Assembly (NCBI RefSeq): GCF_044324875.1
Contig: NZ_CP172185.1
DNA length: 64,000 nt
Direction: 5' to 3' (one strand)
Origin: Escherichia coli
GTDB taxonomy: Bacteria > Pseudomonadota > Gammaproteobacteria > Enterobacterales > Enterobacteriaceae
The stretch's first letter is position 1. Every line of letters begins with the position of its first letter. A program made the position numbers and the translations under genes. Of this stretch, positions 35,126 to 46,802 are shown one piece after another. The notes under the pieces are model-generated. The model did not search any database and had not been told where the DNA came from. It was given only the letters and a program-made list of their open reading frames with translations.

Positions 35126-36457
35126 ATGTCTGAAATGACCCCACGCGAAATCGTCAGCGAACTGGATAAGCACATCATCGGCCAGGACAACGCCAAGCGT
35201 TCCGTGGCGATTGCTCTGCGTAACCGCTGGCGTCGCATGCAGCTCAACGAAGAGCTGCGCCATGAAGTGACCCCGAAAAATATCCTGATGATCGGCCCGA
35301 CCGGTGTCGGTAAAACTGAAATCGCCCGTCGTCTGGCTAAGCTGGCGAATGCGCCGTTCATCAAAGTTGAAGCGACCAAATTCACCGAAGTGGGCTATGT
35401 CGGTAAGGAAGTGGATTCTATTATTCGCGATCTGACCGATGCCGCCGTGAAAATGGTACGCGTCCAGGCTATCGAGAAAAACCGTTATCGCGCTGAAGAA
35501 CTGGCAGAAGAACGTATTCTCGACGTGCTGATCCCACCTGCTAAAAACAACTGGGGACAGACCGAACAGCAGCAGGAACCGTCCGCTGCTCGTCAGGCAT
35601 TCCGCAAGAAACTGCGTGAAGGCCAGCTTGATGACAAAGAAATCGAGATCGATCTTGCCGCAGCACCGATGGGCGTTGAAATTATGGCTCCTCCGGGAAT
35701 GGAAGAGATGACCAGCCAGCTGCAGTCCATGTTCCAGAACCTGGGTGGCCAGAAGCAAAAAGCACGTAAGCTGAAAATCAAAGACGCCATGAAGCTGCTG
35801 ATTGAAGAAGAAGCGGCGAAACTGGTGAATCCGGAAGAGCTGAAGCAAGACGCTATCGACGCTGTTGAGCAGCACGGGATCGTGTTTATCGACGAAATCG
35901 ACAAAATCTGTAAGCGCGGCGAGTCTTCCGGTCCGGATGTTTCTCGTGAAGGTGTTCAGCGTGACCTGCTGCCGCTGGTAGAAGGTTGCACCGTTTCCAC
36001 CAAACACGGGATGGTCAAAACTGACCACATTCTGTTTATCGCTTCTGGCGCGTTCCAGATTGCGAAACCGTCTGACCTGATCCCGGAACTGCAAGGTCGT
36101 CTACCAATCCGCGTTGAGCTGCAGGCACTGACCACCAGCGACTTCGAGCGTATTCTGACCGAGCCGAATGCCTCTATTACCGTGCAGTACAAAGCACTGA
36201 TGGCGACTGAAGGCGTAAATATCGAGTTTACCGACTCCGGTATTAAGCGCATCGCGGAAGCGGCATGGCAGGTGAACGAATCTACCGAAAACATCGGTGC
36301 TCGTCGTTTACATACCGTTCTGGAGCGTTTAATGGAAGAGATTTCCTACGACGCCAGCGATTTAAGCGGTCAAACCATCACTATTGACGCAGATTATGTG
36401 AGCAAACATCTGGATGCGTTGGTGGCAGATGAAGATCTGAGCCGTTTTATCCTATAA
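35126..36457 (+). CDS. hslU: ATP-dependent protease ATPase subunit HslU
   Basis: 443-aa [40 protein letters not shown]...; Walker [16 protein letters not shown]. Confidence 0.97.
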
Positions 36458-36488
36458 TCGCGTTCAATCATTTTCATCATTGTTTGAT

Positions 36489-36511
36489 GGGGCTGAAAGG
36501 CCCCATTTTTA
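36489..36511 (+). terminator. Intrinsic terminator after hslU
   Basis: Hairpin ggggc-tgaaag-gcccc (36489-36504) followed by attttta. Confidence 0.75.
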
Positions 36512-36523
36512 TTGGCGCGTATT

Positions 36524-37450
36524 ATGACTGAACAACAAATTAGCCGAACTCAGGCGTGGCTGGAAAGTTTACGACCTAAAACCCTCCCCCTCGCCTTTGC
36601 TGCAATTATCGTCGGGACGGCGCTGGCATGGTGGCAAGGTCACTTCGATCCGCTGGTCGCCCTGCTGGCACTGATTACCGCCGGGCTATTACAGATCCTT
36701 TCTAACCTCGCCAATGATTACGGCGATGCGGTAAAAGGCAGCGATAAACCTGACCGTATCGGACCGCTACGCGGCATGCAAAAAGGGGTCATTACCCAGC
36801 AAGAGATGAAACGGGCGCTCATTATTACCGTCGTGCTCATCTGTCTCTCCGGGCTGGCACTGGTTGCAGTGGCGTGCCATACGCTGGCCGATTTTGTCGG
36901 CTTCCTGATTCTTGGCGGGTTGTCGATCATTGCCGCTATCACCTACACCGTGGGCAATCGTCCTTATGGTTATATCGGTCTGGGTGATATTTCCGTACTG
37001 GTTTTCTTTGGCTGGTTAAGCGTCATGGGGAGCTGGTATTTACAGGCTCATACATTGATTCCGGCACTGATCCTTCCAGCGACCGCATGCGGCCTGCTGG
37101 CAACGGCAGTACTGAACATTAATAACCTGCGTGATATCAATAGCGACCGCGAAAATGGCAAAAACACGCTGGTGGTGCGCTTAGGTGAAGTGAACGCGCG
37201 TCGTTATCATGCCTGCCTGCTGATGGGCTCTCTGGTGTGCCTGGCGCTGTTTAATCTCTTTTCGCTGCATAGCCTGTGGGGCTGGCTGTTCCTGCTGGCG
37301 GCACCATTACTGGTGAAGCAAGCCCGTTATGTGATGCGGGAAATGGACCCGGTGGCGATGCGACCGATGCTGGAACGCACTGTCAAGGGAGCGTTACTGA
37401 CTAACCTGCTGTTTGTTTTAGGGATATTCCTAAGCCAGTGGGCAGCATAA
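36524..37450 (+). CDS. menA: 1,4-dihydroxy-2-naphthoate octaprenyltransferase
   Basis: ATG 36524 gives 308 aa MTEQQISRTQAWLESLRPKTLPLAFAAIIVGTALAWW...; UbiA-family motif NDYGD. Confidence 0.93.
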   Translation: MTEQQISRTQAWLESLRPKTLPLAFAAIIVGTALAWWQGHFDPLVALLALITAGLLQILSNLANDYGDAVKGSDKPDRIGPLRGMQKGVITQQEMKRALIITVVLICLSGLALVAVACHTLADFVGFLILGGLSIIAAITYTVGNRPYGYIGLGDISVLVFFGWLSVMGSWYLQAHTLIPALILPATACGLLATAVLNINNLRDINSDRENGKNTLVVRLGEVNARRYHACLLMGSLVCLALFNLFSLHSLWGWLFLLAAPLLVKQARYVMREMDPVAMRPMLERTVKGALLTNLLFVLGIFLSQWAA

Positions 37451-37542
37451 CTGACAAATATCAATTAACAATTGATGATTTTGCCAACAGCCTACATAGC
37501 GCGATATACTGAAAATTCTCGCAGCAACTGAATGTTAAGCCT

Positions 37543-38028
37543 ATGAAATACGATACTTCCGAGCTTTGTGACATCTATCAAGAAGATGTTAACGTCGTGG
37601 AACCGCTGTTCTCCAACTTTGGCGGACGGGCGTCGTTTGGCGGACAAATAATCACGGTAAAATGTTTCGAGGACAACGGGTTGCTGTACGATCTGCTCGA
37701 ACAGAATGGCCGTGGTCGTGTTCTTGTCGTCGATGGCGGTGGTTCTGTTCGTCGCGCACTGGTCGATGCTGAACTGGCGCGTCTGGCAGTACAAAATGAA
37801 TGGGAAGGTCTGGTCATTTACGGCGCGGTGCGTCAGGTAGATGACCTGGAAGAGTTGGATATCGGCATCCAGGCAATGGCGGCAATTCCGGTTGGTGCCG
37901 CTGGCGAAGGCATTGGCGAAAGTGATGTCCGCGTCAACTTTGGCGGTGTCACTTTCTTCTCTGGCGACCATCTCTATGCCGACAATACCGGGATTATTCT
38001 TTCTGAAGATCCGTTGGATATTGAATAA
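37543..38028 (+). CDS. rraA: Regulator of RNase E activity A (RraA/MenG)
   Basis: 161-aa [49 protein letters not shown]... Confidence 0.95.
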
Positions 38029-38045
38029 GTATCTGCCATGCGTTA

Positions 38046-38071
38046 AAAGGGGAATTAACTTCCCCTTTTTT
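38046..38071 (+). terminator. Intrinsic terminator after rraA
   Basis: Hairpin aaggggaa-ttaac-ttcccctt followed by tttttt (38066-38071). Confidence 0.8.
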
Positions 38072-38075
38072 ATAC

Positions 38076-38762
38076 ATGGACGTATTCGTGCAGAATATTA
38101 TTCTTTTATTTATATATTTATTACTTATAGCCGTTAACCATTTCCGCTACAAATTTCTTTTATCTGGCAACGCGGGTGAAATGATTTTATATTTTGCTAA
38201 CGTATTTTTTAACCCACTTGCCGTATCATTTATTATCGCCACAATCATCTGTATAACGATAAAAAAAAGAAGCAGCCGTAGCTTTATTCGCGGCACTTGT
38301 TGGTTAATGGGATTATTTCTTATCTATAGCAGCTATACGGTGTGGGAACGACACAGCATATGGGATTATACTTTCCCGGGGCCAGGTATCACCGTCACGG
38401 TTCCGAGCAAACAGTGGGTTGCCAATATAGTAAAACAAGGACCAACCCTGGTGACTCGGGATGCCCATGCTATTTTAGCTATTGTTGCCTTCTCACAAAA
38501 TGAACTCGGTGTGCATTCAATCGAGGAACTTACCGCGACTCAAAACGGAACTGCAGAAATGCATGTTTGTGATGTTCAGGGATTTGCCTGCGCTTATCAG
38601 GAAGGAGTGCAAACAATGAGTGATGGCAAAGTAAGACATGCTATTTTCATGACTCTACTGGATAACACTAATTTGATACAACTGGTCGCAGCCATCGACC
38701 CAGATTATTTGGACGAATATCAAGAAGAAGTAATGAAAATGATGCTTTCTGCCCGTCCATGA
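38076..38762 (+). CDS. Hypothetical membrane protein, paralogue A (3 predicted N-terminal TM helices + ~140-aa C-terminal domain)
   Basis: 228-aa ORF; hydrophobic segments ~6-22, 36-60, 72-88; paralogous to the next ORF (LLSGNAGEM/LLSGDPGMV, FIRGTCWLMGLFLI/FTRGCCWVLGVLLL, ITVTVPSKQW/ISVTVPNRHW, MKMMLSARP/MEIMLSAKN); no obvious SD before ATG 38076. Confidence 0.75.
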   Translation: MDVFVQNIILLFIYLLLIAVNHFRYKFLLSGNAGEMILYFANVFFNPLAVSFIIATIICITIKKRSSRSFIRGTCWLMGLFLIYSSYTVWERHSIWDYTFPGPGITVTVPSKQWVANIVKQGPTLVTRDAHAILAIVAFSQNELGVHSIEELTATQNGTAEMHVCDVQGFACAYQEGVQTMSDGKVRHAIFMTLLDNTNLIQLVAAIDPDYLDEYQEEVMKMMLSARP

Positions 38763-38794
38763 TCTGATGTGCATATTAATAATAAGGGATTGAT

Positions 38795-39511
38795 ATGAGA
38801 TACGTTATCTTATTAATACTATGGATAATAACTGCTTTTCTTAGTCATCTTCAGCACAGTAACCTACTGTCTGGAGATCCTGGCATGGTTGGCGAGTATA
38901 TCGGTTCAGTATTTCTGGGGCCGTTATTACTTCCCGTGCTTGTGTCAGGTATTCTGTGCGCATTCACTAAAAAAACGCGTAACTTCGCCAGTTTTACTCG
39001 CGGGTGCTGCTGGGTATTGGGAGTCCTGCTTTTATCCAACGTCGGCAATACGTTTCGTCTGTTCACCCCGTGGCACTATACGTTTGAGAAGGCAGCTATT
39101 TCCGTGACTGTCCCAAACCGACACTGGAATACGGTTTCTATTAGTACTGATAAAACCATTGATATAAGAAGTGAAGATAATAGCGTCTTTATTTCTGCTT
39201 TCCGCCTGCCCGCAGGACGTAGCGCCGATGACTCGCTGGAAGAGTTAAAGAAGATGCAGCGAGACAATCTCAAGGATCAATACAATGAAGAAACCTTCCA
39301 GTTTCATGATTGTAATGCCAAACATTTCACCTGTAAGTATCAGGATGTGTTGATAAATTTTGATGGTCAGCAGAAAAGAACCATCAGTGTTTATCTTGAA
39401 GACACCCCCAGGGCTGTGGGGATCATTGCATTAATGGAGCCAGATACGGCAGATAAATATCGCCAACAGGCGATGGAGATTATGTTGTCTGCTAAAAATA
39501 CAGTGAAGTAA
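38795..39511 (+). CDS. Hypothetical membrane protein, paralogue B
   Basis: 238-aa ORF; RBS taaggga (38783-38789) 6 nt before ATG; same architecture as paralogue A; conserved Cys pair (HDCNAKHFTCKYQ vs HVCDVQGFACAYQ). Confidence 0.8.
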   Translation: MRYVILLILWIITAFLSHLQHSNLLSGDPGMVGEYIGSVFLGPLLLPVLVSGILCAFTKKTRNFASFTRGCCWVLGVLLLSNVGNTFRLFTPWHYTFEKAAISVTVPNRHWNTVSISTDKTIDIRSEDNSVFISAFRLPAGRSADDSLEELKKMQRDNLKDQYNEETFQFHDCNAKHFTCKYQDVLINFDGQQKRTISVYLEDTPRAVGIIALMEPDTADKYRQQAMEIMLSAKNTVK

Positions 39512-39536
39512 AAAATAAGGCGCCTTGCGGCGCCTC
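39510..39536 (-). terminator. Intrinsic terminator of zapB (abuts stop codon of paralogue B)
   Basis: Plus strand aaaaaat + aaggcgcc-ttgc-ggcgcct (39517-39535); on minus strand this is a hairpin followed by a U-run. Confidence 0.7.
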
Positions 39537-39549
39537 TGCGTGGAAGAGA

Positions 39550-39843
<294 letters not shown>

Positions 39844-40089
39844 TTACCGGTGACGCCTTAATAAATACGAGCGCACTTTAGTTAGCTCCGATTGTATGAA
39901 GCCGCGCCATCGCTGTCCAGCGGCACGCCTTGCAGATTACGGTTTGCCACACTTTTCATCCTTCTCCTGGTGACATAATCCACATCAATCGAAAATGTTA
40001 ATAAATTTGTTGCGCGAATGATCTAACAAACATGCATCATGTACAATCAGATGGAATAAATGGCGCGATAACGCTCATTTTATGACGAA

Positions 40090-40160
40090 GCACACACATT
40101 TTAAGTTCGATATTTCTCGTTTTTGCTCGTTAACGATAAGTTTACAGCATGCCTACAAGC
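40090..40160 (+). promoter_or_regulatory. glpFK control region with GlpR operator-like repeats
   Basis: Repeated half-sites taagttcgatatttctcg / tgctcgttaacgataagt resembling the GlpR operator (…TTCGAT/ATCGAA… type) upstream of glpF; exact operator boundaries not resolved. Confidence 0.45.
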
Positions 40161-40219
40161 ATCGTGGAGGTCCGTGACTTTCACGCATACAACAAACATT
40201 AACTCTTCAGGATCCGATT

Positions 40220-42596
<2,377 letters not shown>

Positions 42597-42602
42597 TGTA
42601 AA

Positions 42603-42632
42603 TGCCGGATGAAGCGTTTATGCCGCATCCGG
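42603..42632. repeat. REP element between glpK and glpX
   Basis: gccggatgaagcgtttatgccgcatccggta: canonical REP-type palindrome (GCCGGATG…CATCCGGY). Confidence 0.75.
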
Positions 42633-42730
42633 TAGTCCTGAATCGTGCGGGGGCAACCCCGCACACATCAATAATCCCGCCCTTCCCCTGTGCTACACTT
42701 CGCGCCATTCCTTACTGCTTAGAGTTTGCT

Positions 42731-43741
42731 ATGAGACGAGAACTTGCCATCGAATTTTCCCGCGTCACCGAATCTGCGGCGCTGGCTGGCTACAAATGGT
42801 TAGGACGCGGCGATAAAAACACCGCGGACGGCGCAGCGGTAAACGCCATGCGTATTATACTCAACCAGGTCAACATTGACGGCACCATCGTTATTGGTGA
42901 AGGTGAAATCGACGAAGCACCGATGCTCTACATTGGTGAAAAAGTCGGTACTGGTCGCGGCGACGCGGTAGATATTGCTGTTGATCCGATTGAAGGCACG
43001 CGCATGACGGCGATGGGCCAGGCTAACGCGCTGGCGGTGCTGGCAGTAGGCGATAAAGGCTGTTTCCTCAACGCGCCAGATATGTATATGGAGAAGCTGA
43101 TCGTCGGACCGGGAGCCAAAGGCACCATTGATCTGAACCTGCCGCTGGCGGATAACCTGCGCAATGTTGCGGCGGCGCTCGGCAAACCGTTGAGCGAACT
43201 GACGGTAACGATTCTGGCGAAACCACGCCACGATGCCGTTATCGCTGAAATGCAACAACTCGGCGTACGCGTATTTGCTATTCCGGACGGCGACGTTGCG
43301 GCCTCAATTCTCACCTGTATGCCAGACAGCGAAGTTGACGTGCTGTACGGTATTGGTGGCGCGCCGGAAGGCGTGGTTTCTGCGGCGGTGATCCGCGCAT
43401 TAGATGGTGACATGAACGGTCGTCTGCTGGCGCGTCATGACGTCAAAGGCGGCAACGAAGAGAATCGTCGCATTGGCGAGCAGGAGCTGGCACGCTGCAA
43501 AGCAATGGGCATCGAAGCCGGTAAAGTATTACGTCTGGGCGATATGGCACGCAGCGATAACGTCATCTTTTCTGCCACCGGTATTACCAAAGGCGATCTG
43601 CTGGAAGGCATTAGCCGCAAAGGCAATATCGCGACTACCGAAACGCTGCTGATCCGCGGCAAGTCACGCACTATTCGCCGCATTCAGTCCATCCACTATC
43701 TGGATCGCAAAGACCCGGAAATGCAGGTGCACATTCTCTGA
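42731..43741 (+). CDS. glpX: Fructose-1,6-bisphosphatase class II
   Basis: ATG 42731 gives 336 aa MRRELAIEFSRVTESAALAGYKWLGRGDKNTADGAAVNAMR...; ORF-track start reads through the REP. Confidence 0.94.
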   Translation: MRRELAIEFSRVTESAALAGYKWLGRGDKNTADGAAVNAMRIILNQVNIDGTIVIGEGEIDEAPMLYIGEKVGTGRGDAVDIAVDPIEGTRMTAMGQANALAVLAVGDKGCFLNAPDMYMEKLIVGPGAKGTIDLNLPLADNLRNVAAALGKPLSELTVTILAKPRHDAVIAEMQQLGVRVFAIPDGDVAASILTCMPDSEVDVLYGIGGAPEGVVSAAVIRALDGDMNGRLLARHDVKGGNEENRRIGEQELARCKAMGIEAGKVLRLGDMARSDNVIFSATGITKGDLLEGISRKGNIATTETLLIRGKSRTIRRIQSIHYLDRKDPEMQVHIL

Positions 43742-43762
43742 GTGATTTGATCGATTGAGCCT

Positions 43763-43791
43763 TCCAGTCCTTCGGGACTGGAATTTTTTTG
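43763..43791 (+). terminator. Intrinsic terminator after glpX
   Basis: Hairpin ccagtcc-ttcggg-actgg followed by aattttttt. Confidence 0.8.
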
Positions 43792-43837
43792 TTCGGAGAA
43801 CGAAGATAAGGCAAGTCAATCAAAACAGGAGAAAAAC

Positions 43838-44584
43838 ATGGCTGATTGGGTAACAGGCAAAGTCACTAAAGTGCAGAACTGGACCGACGCCCTGTTTAGT
43901 CTCACCGTTCACGCCCCCGTGCTTCCGTTTACCGCCGGGCAATTTACCAAGCTTGGGCTTGAAATCGACGGCGAACGCGTCCAGCGCGCCTACTCCTATG
44001 TTAACTCGCCCGATAATCCCGATCTGGAGTTTTACCTGGTCACCGTCCCCGATGGCAAATTAAGCCCACGACTGGCGGCACTGAAACCGGGCGATGAAGT
44101 GCAGGTGGTTAGCGAAGCAGCTGGCTTCTTTGTGCTGGATGAAGTACCAGATTGCGAAACGCTATGGATGCTGGCAACCGGTACAGCGATTGGCCCTTAT
44201 TTATCGATTCTGCAACTGGGTAAAGATTTAGATCGCTTCAAAAATCTGGTCCTGGTTCACGCCGCACGTTATACCGCCGACTTAAGCTATTTGCCACTGA
44301 TGCAAGAACTGGAAAAACGCTACGAAGGCAAACTGCGCATTCAGACGGTGGTCAGTCGGGAAACGTCGGCGGGATCGCTCACCGGGCGGATACCGGCGTT
44401 AATTGAAAGTGGTGAACTGGAAAGCGCGGTTGGCCTGCCGATGAATAAAGAAACCAGCCATGTGATGCTGTGCGGCAATCCACAGATGGTGCGCGATACG
44501 CAACAGTTGCTGAAAGAGACCCGGCAGATGACGAAACATTTACGTCGCCGACCGGGCCATATGACAGCGGAGCATTACTGGTAA
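43838..44584 (+). CDS. fpr: Ferredoxin/flavodoxin-NADP+ reductase
   Basis: 248-aa ORF MADWVTGKVTKVQNWTDALFSLTVHAPVLPFTAGQFTKLGL...; FAD motif RAYSY. Confidence 0.95.
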   Translation: MADWVTGKVTKVQNWTDALFSLTVHAPVLPFTAGQFTKLGLEIDGERVQRAYSYVNSPDNPDLEFYLVTVPDGKLSPRLAALKPGDEVQVVSEAAGFFVLDEVPDCETLWMLATGTAIGPYLSILQLGKDLDRFKNLVLVHAARYTADLSYLPLMQELEKRYEGKLRIQTVVSRETSAGSLTGRIPALIESGELESAVGLPMNKETSHVMLCGNPQMVRDTQQLLKETRQMTKHLRRRPGHMTAEHYW

Positions 44585-44588
44585 GCGG

Positions 44589-45017
44589 TTACTTATCGAT
44601 AAACGGCACGATGAGCAAATCCGCACTCAACTTATTGATCATCCCGCGATATGCCGGCATCAAACGGTTGATAAATGAGTGGTGATGACCACAGACAAGG
44701 AGGTCGCACTGCTCTTTTTGCATAATTTCCAGCAGTGTTTCCGGCATTTCTCCGCGTTCAATACGCAGTTTTGTCTTCGGCCATTGAATATTTTTCGTCA
44801 GTTTATACAGCTTGTTATCCGACTTATTCTTCAACAATTGAAGAATATCTTCTGTTGCAGGGAAGTAGATACCCGGATACAACTCGCTTAAGCCATCATC
44901 AATATGAATTAACGTCAGGTGAGCGTCATTATGTCTGGCGAGCTCCAGGGCTTTATTCACCAGTAAGGCATCTTCTTCATTCCCGGAAATTGCCACGCCA
45001 ATGTGTTTATAAGCCAT
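44589..45017 (-). CDS. uspD: Universal stress protein D
   Basis: 142-aa [45 protein letters not shown]... Confidence 0.93.
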   Translation of the reverse strand: MAYKHIGVAISGNEEDALLVNKALELARHNDAHLTLIHIDDGLSELYPGIYFPATEDILQLLKNKSDNKLYKLTKNIQWPKTKLRIERGEMPETLLEIMQKEQCDLLVCGHHHSFINRLMPAYRGMINKLSADLLIVPFIDK

Positions 45018-45043
45018 GTTTAACTCCTTCTAAAGCAACTCCA

Positions 45044-45343
45044 TCAAGCTAACGAACGCAGTGATAACTCAAAAATAATCATCTCGGCCTGGCATGAGAA
45101 GGTGAAGGCCGCATCAAGCTCAACTTGCCCCTCCAGATCCTTAATCTTATAGGCCACGCTGGCCCCTTCATCTGCAGAGGATGCAGCGGCGGCAAGCTCT
45201 TTCAGTTTGGTCATAAAGGACTCTGCTTCTTCGCGGGTGGCAAAAAAGCGCGAAAACTTACTGGTACAGTTGTCGTTATCAATCACCGTACCGATATCAA
45301 TCGCACATCCTTTAGTACTGCATTTATCTACGACATCTTTCAT
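45044..45343 (-). CDS. yiiS: Small conserved protein YiiS (DUF406/UPF0381)
   Basis: 99-aa [53 protein letters not shown]... Confidence 0.88.
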   Translation of the reverse strand: MKDVVDKCSTKGCAIDIGTVIDNDNCTSKFSRFFATREEAESFMTKLKELAAAASSADEGASVAYKIKDLEGQVELDAAFTFSCQAEMIIFELSLRSLA

Positions 45344-45554
45344 AGGGCACCTCTGTATATTCGCCTCTCTGTCGATTACGACTTAAGAATAATGCGCCGT
45401 TAAGGGAAGAACAAACAAGTAATGATCTTATGGATTACCATTTTTTTTGATATTGCTTAAGGTGAAGAGCTCAGAAGGATTTTCCGGGCATTGTCATTTG
45501 CATCTAGGAAATAACAATCCCGGAAAAAAATAGCAGTAAGAGATATATTAAAGG

Positions 45555-45995
45555 TTAATTACTTGATTTATTGTCGGCTTTATACTTCACATCCTGGGTA
45601 TCTTTACCATATTTATTTTCGCCTTGTGTGCCAACAAACGCACCAAGATCGATAAGCATCATCACCAGAATCAACGTCGGGACAAAACGCCCCACCGCCC
45701 ATTGCCAGACACCCGGTAAAATCGCCCAGTTACCCGCCAGCAGCATCCACGCCACAATCATCAGAAATGCCCATGCGCCGGAACGCCCGCGATCATGCAA
45801 GCGCTTAACGGTTACTGCCGCTGTTGGCCAAAGCAAGCACACAAGGCAAAACGCCGCAGTCTGAATATCGAGTAAATTTTTACCCGCCAGTGAGAAAAGC
45901 ACCAGCATGCCTGCGAACCACAGGCCTATCCAAATCCAGAAATCACGGCGTCCAATACGCCCTTTAAATGAGAATAACCATTGCTGTATGGTCAT
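45555..45995 (-). CDS. yiiR: Inner membrane protein YiiR (DUF805)
   Basis: 146-aa ORF MTIQQWLFSFKGRIGRRDFWIWIGLWFAGMLVLFSLAGKN... Confidence 0.88.
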   Translation of the reverse strand: MTIQQWLFSFKGRIGRRDFWIWIGLWFAGMLVLFSLAGKNLLDIQTAAFCLVCLLWPTAAVTVKRLHDRGRSGAWAFLMIVAWMLLAGNWAILPGVWQWAVGRFVPTLILVMMLIDLGAFVGTQGENKYGKDTQDVKYKADNKSSN

Positions 45996-46095
45996 GTAAG
46001 TTCCTTGATGGTTGTCTTTTCCAGGATTCTACCCTTTTGACAAGGGCGACAGATATCGTTTTAATCGGAGCCAGTCATAACAAAAGGTACTGTCA

Positions 46096-46695
46096 ATGAA
46101 GCCAGGGTGTACGCTGTTTTTTCTCTTATGTTCTGCATTAACCGTTACAACAACGGCGCATGCACAAACACCAGATACGGCAACGACCGCGCCTTATCTG
46201 CTGGCTGGAGCCCCTACTTTCGATCTCTCCATCAGCCAGTTTAGAGAAGACTTTAACAGCCAGAATCCCAGCCTGCCACTGAACGAATTTCGTGCCATCG
46301 ACAGCAGTCCCGACAAAGCCAATCTCACTCGTGCTGCCAGTAAAATTAATGAGAACTTGTATGCTTCTACAGCGCTGGAGCGCGGTACCTTAAAAATCAA
46401 AAGCATTCAAATGACCTGGCTACCCATCCAGGGGCCAGAGCAAAAAGCCGCGAAAGCGAAAGCTCAGGAATACATGGCAGCGGTGATCCGCACACTCACC
46501 CCATTAATGACCAAAACACAAAGCCAGAAAAAACTGCAGTCGCTACTAACGGCGGGGAAAAACAAACGTTATTACACCGAGACAGAAGGTGCACTGCGTT
46601 ATGTTGTCGCGGACAACGGCGAAAAGGGGCTGACCTTCGCTGTTGAACCGATTAAGCTGGCGCTATCTGAATCGCTTGAAGGTTTGAATAAATGA
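46096..46695 (+). CDS. yiiQ: Periplasmic protein YiiQ (DUF1454)
   Basis: 199-aa ORF with signal peptide MKPGCTLFFLLCSALTVTTTAHAQTPD... Confidence 0.88.
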   Translation: MKPGCTLFFLLCSALTVTTTAHAQTPDTATTAPYLLAGAPTFDLSISQFREDFNSQNPSLPLNEFRAIDSSPDKANLTRAASKINENLYASTALERGTLKIKSIQMTWLPIQGPEQKAAKAKAQEYMAAVIRTLTPLMTKTQSQKKLQSLLTAGKNKRYYTETEGALRYVVADNGEKGLTFAVEPIKLALSESLEGLNK

Positions 46696-46802
46696 CAAAA
46701 AGCAAAGCCTTTGTGCCGATGAATCTCTATACTGTTTCACAGACCTGCTGCCCTGCGGGGCGGCCATCTTCCTTTATTCGCTTATAAGCGTGGAGAATTA
46801 AA

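Larger units (their letters stand above)
38072..39511 (+). other. AT-rich two-gene insertion relative to K-12 gene order (between rraA terminator and zapB terminator)
   Basis: rraA and zapB are adjacent in K-12 as I recall; here 1.5 kb with two paralogous ORFs; spot counts on individual 60-nt lines give 23-50% GC, clearly below flanking genes. Confidence 0.75.

Noticed and set aside
35099-36094. 331-aa minus-strand ORF antisense to hslU (also 35593-35904, 35956-36294)
   Set aside because: Overlaps the conserved hslU frame throughout; amino-acid composition (Phe/Arg/Leu-rich) is that of an antisense artefact
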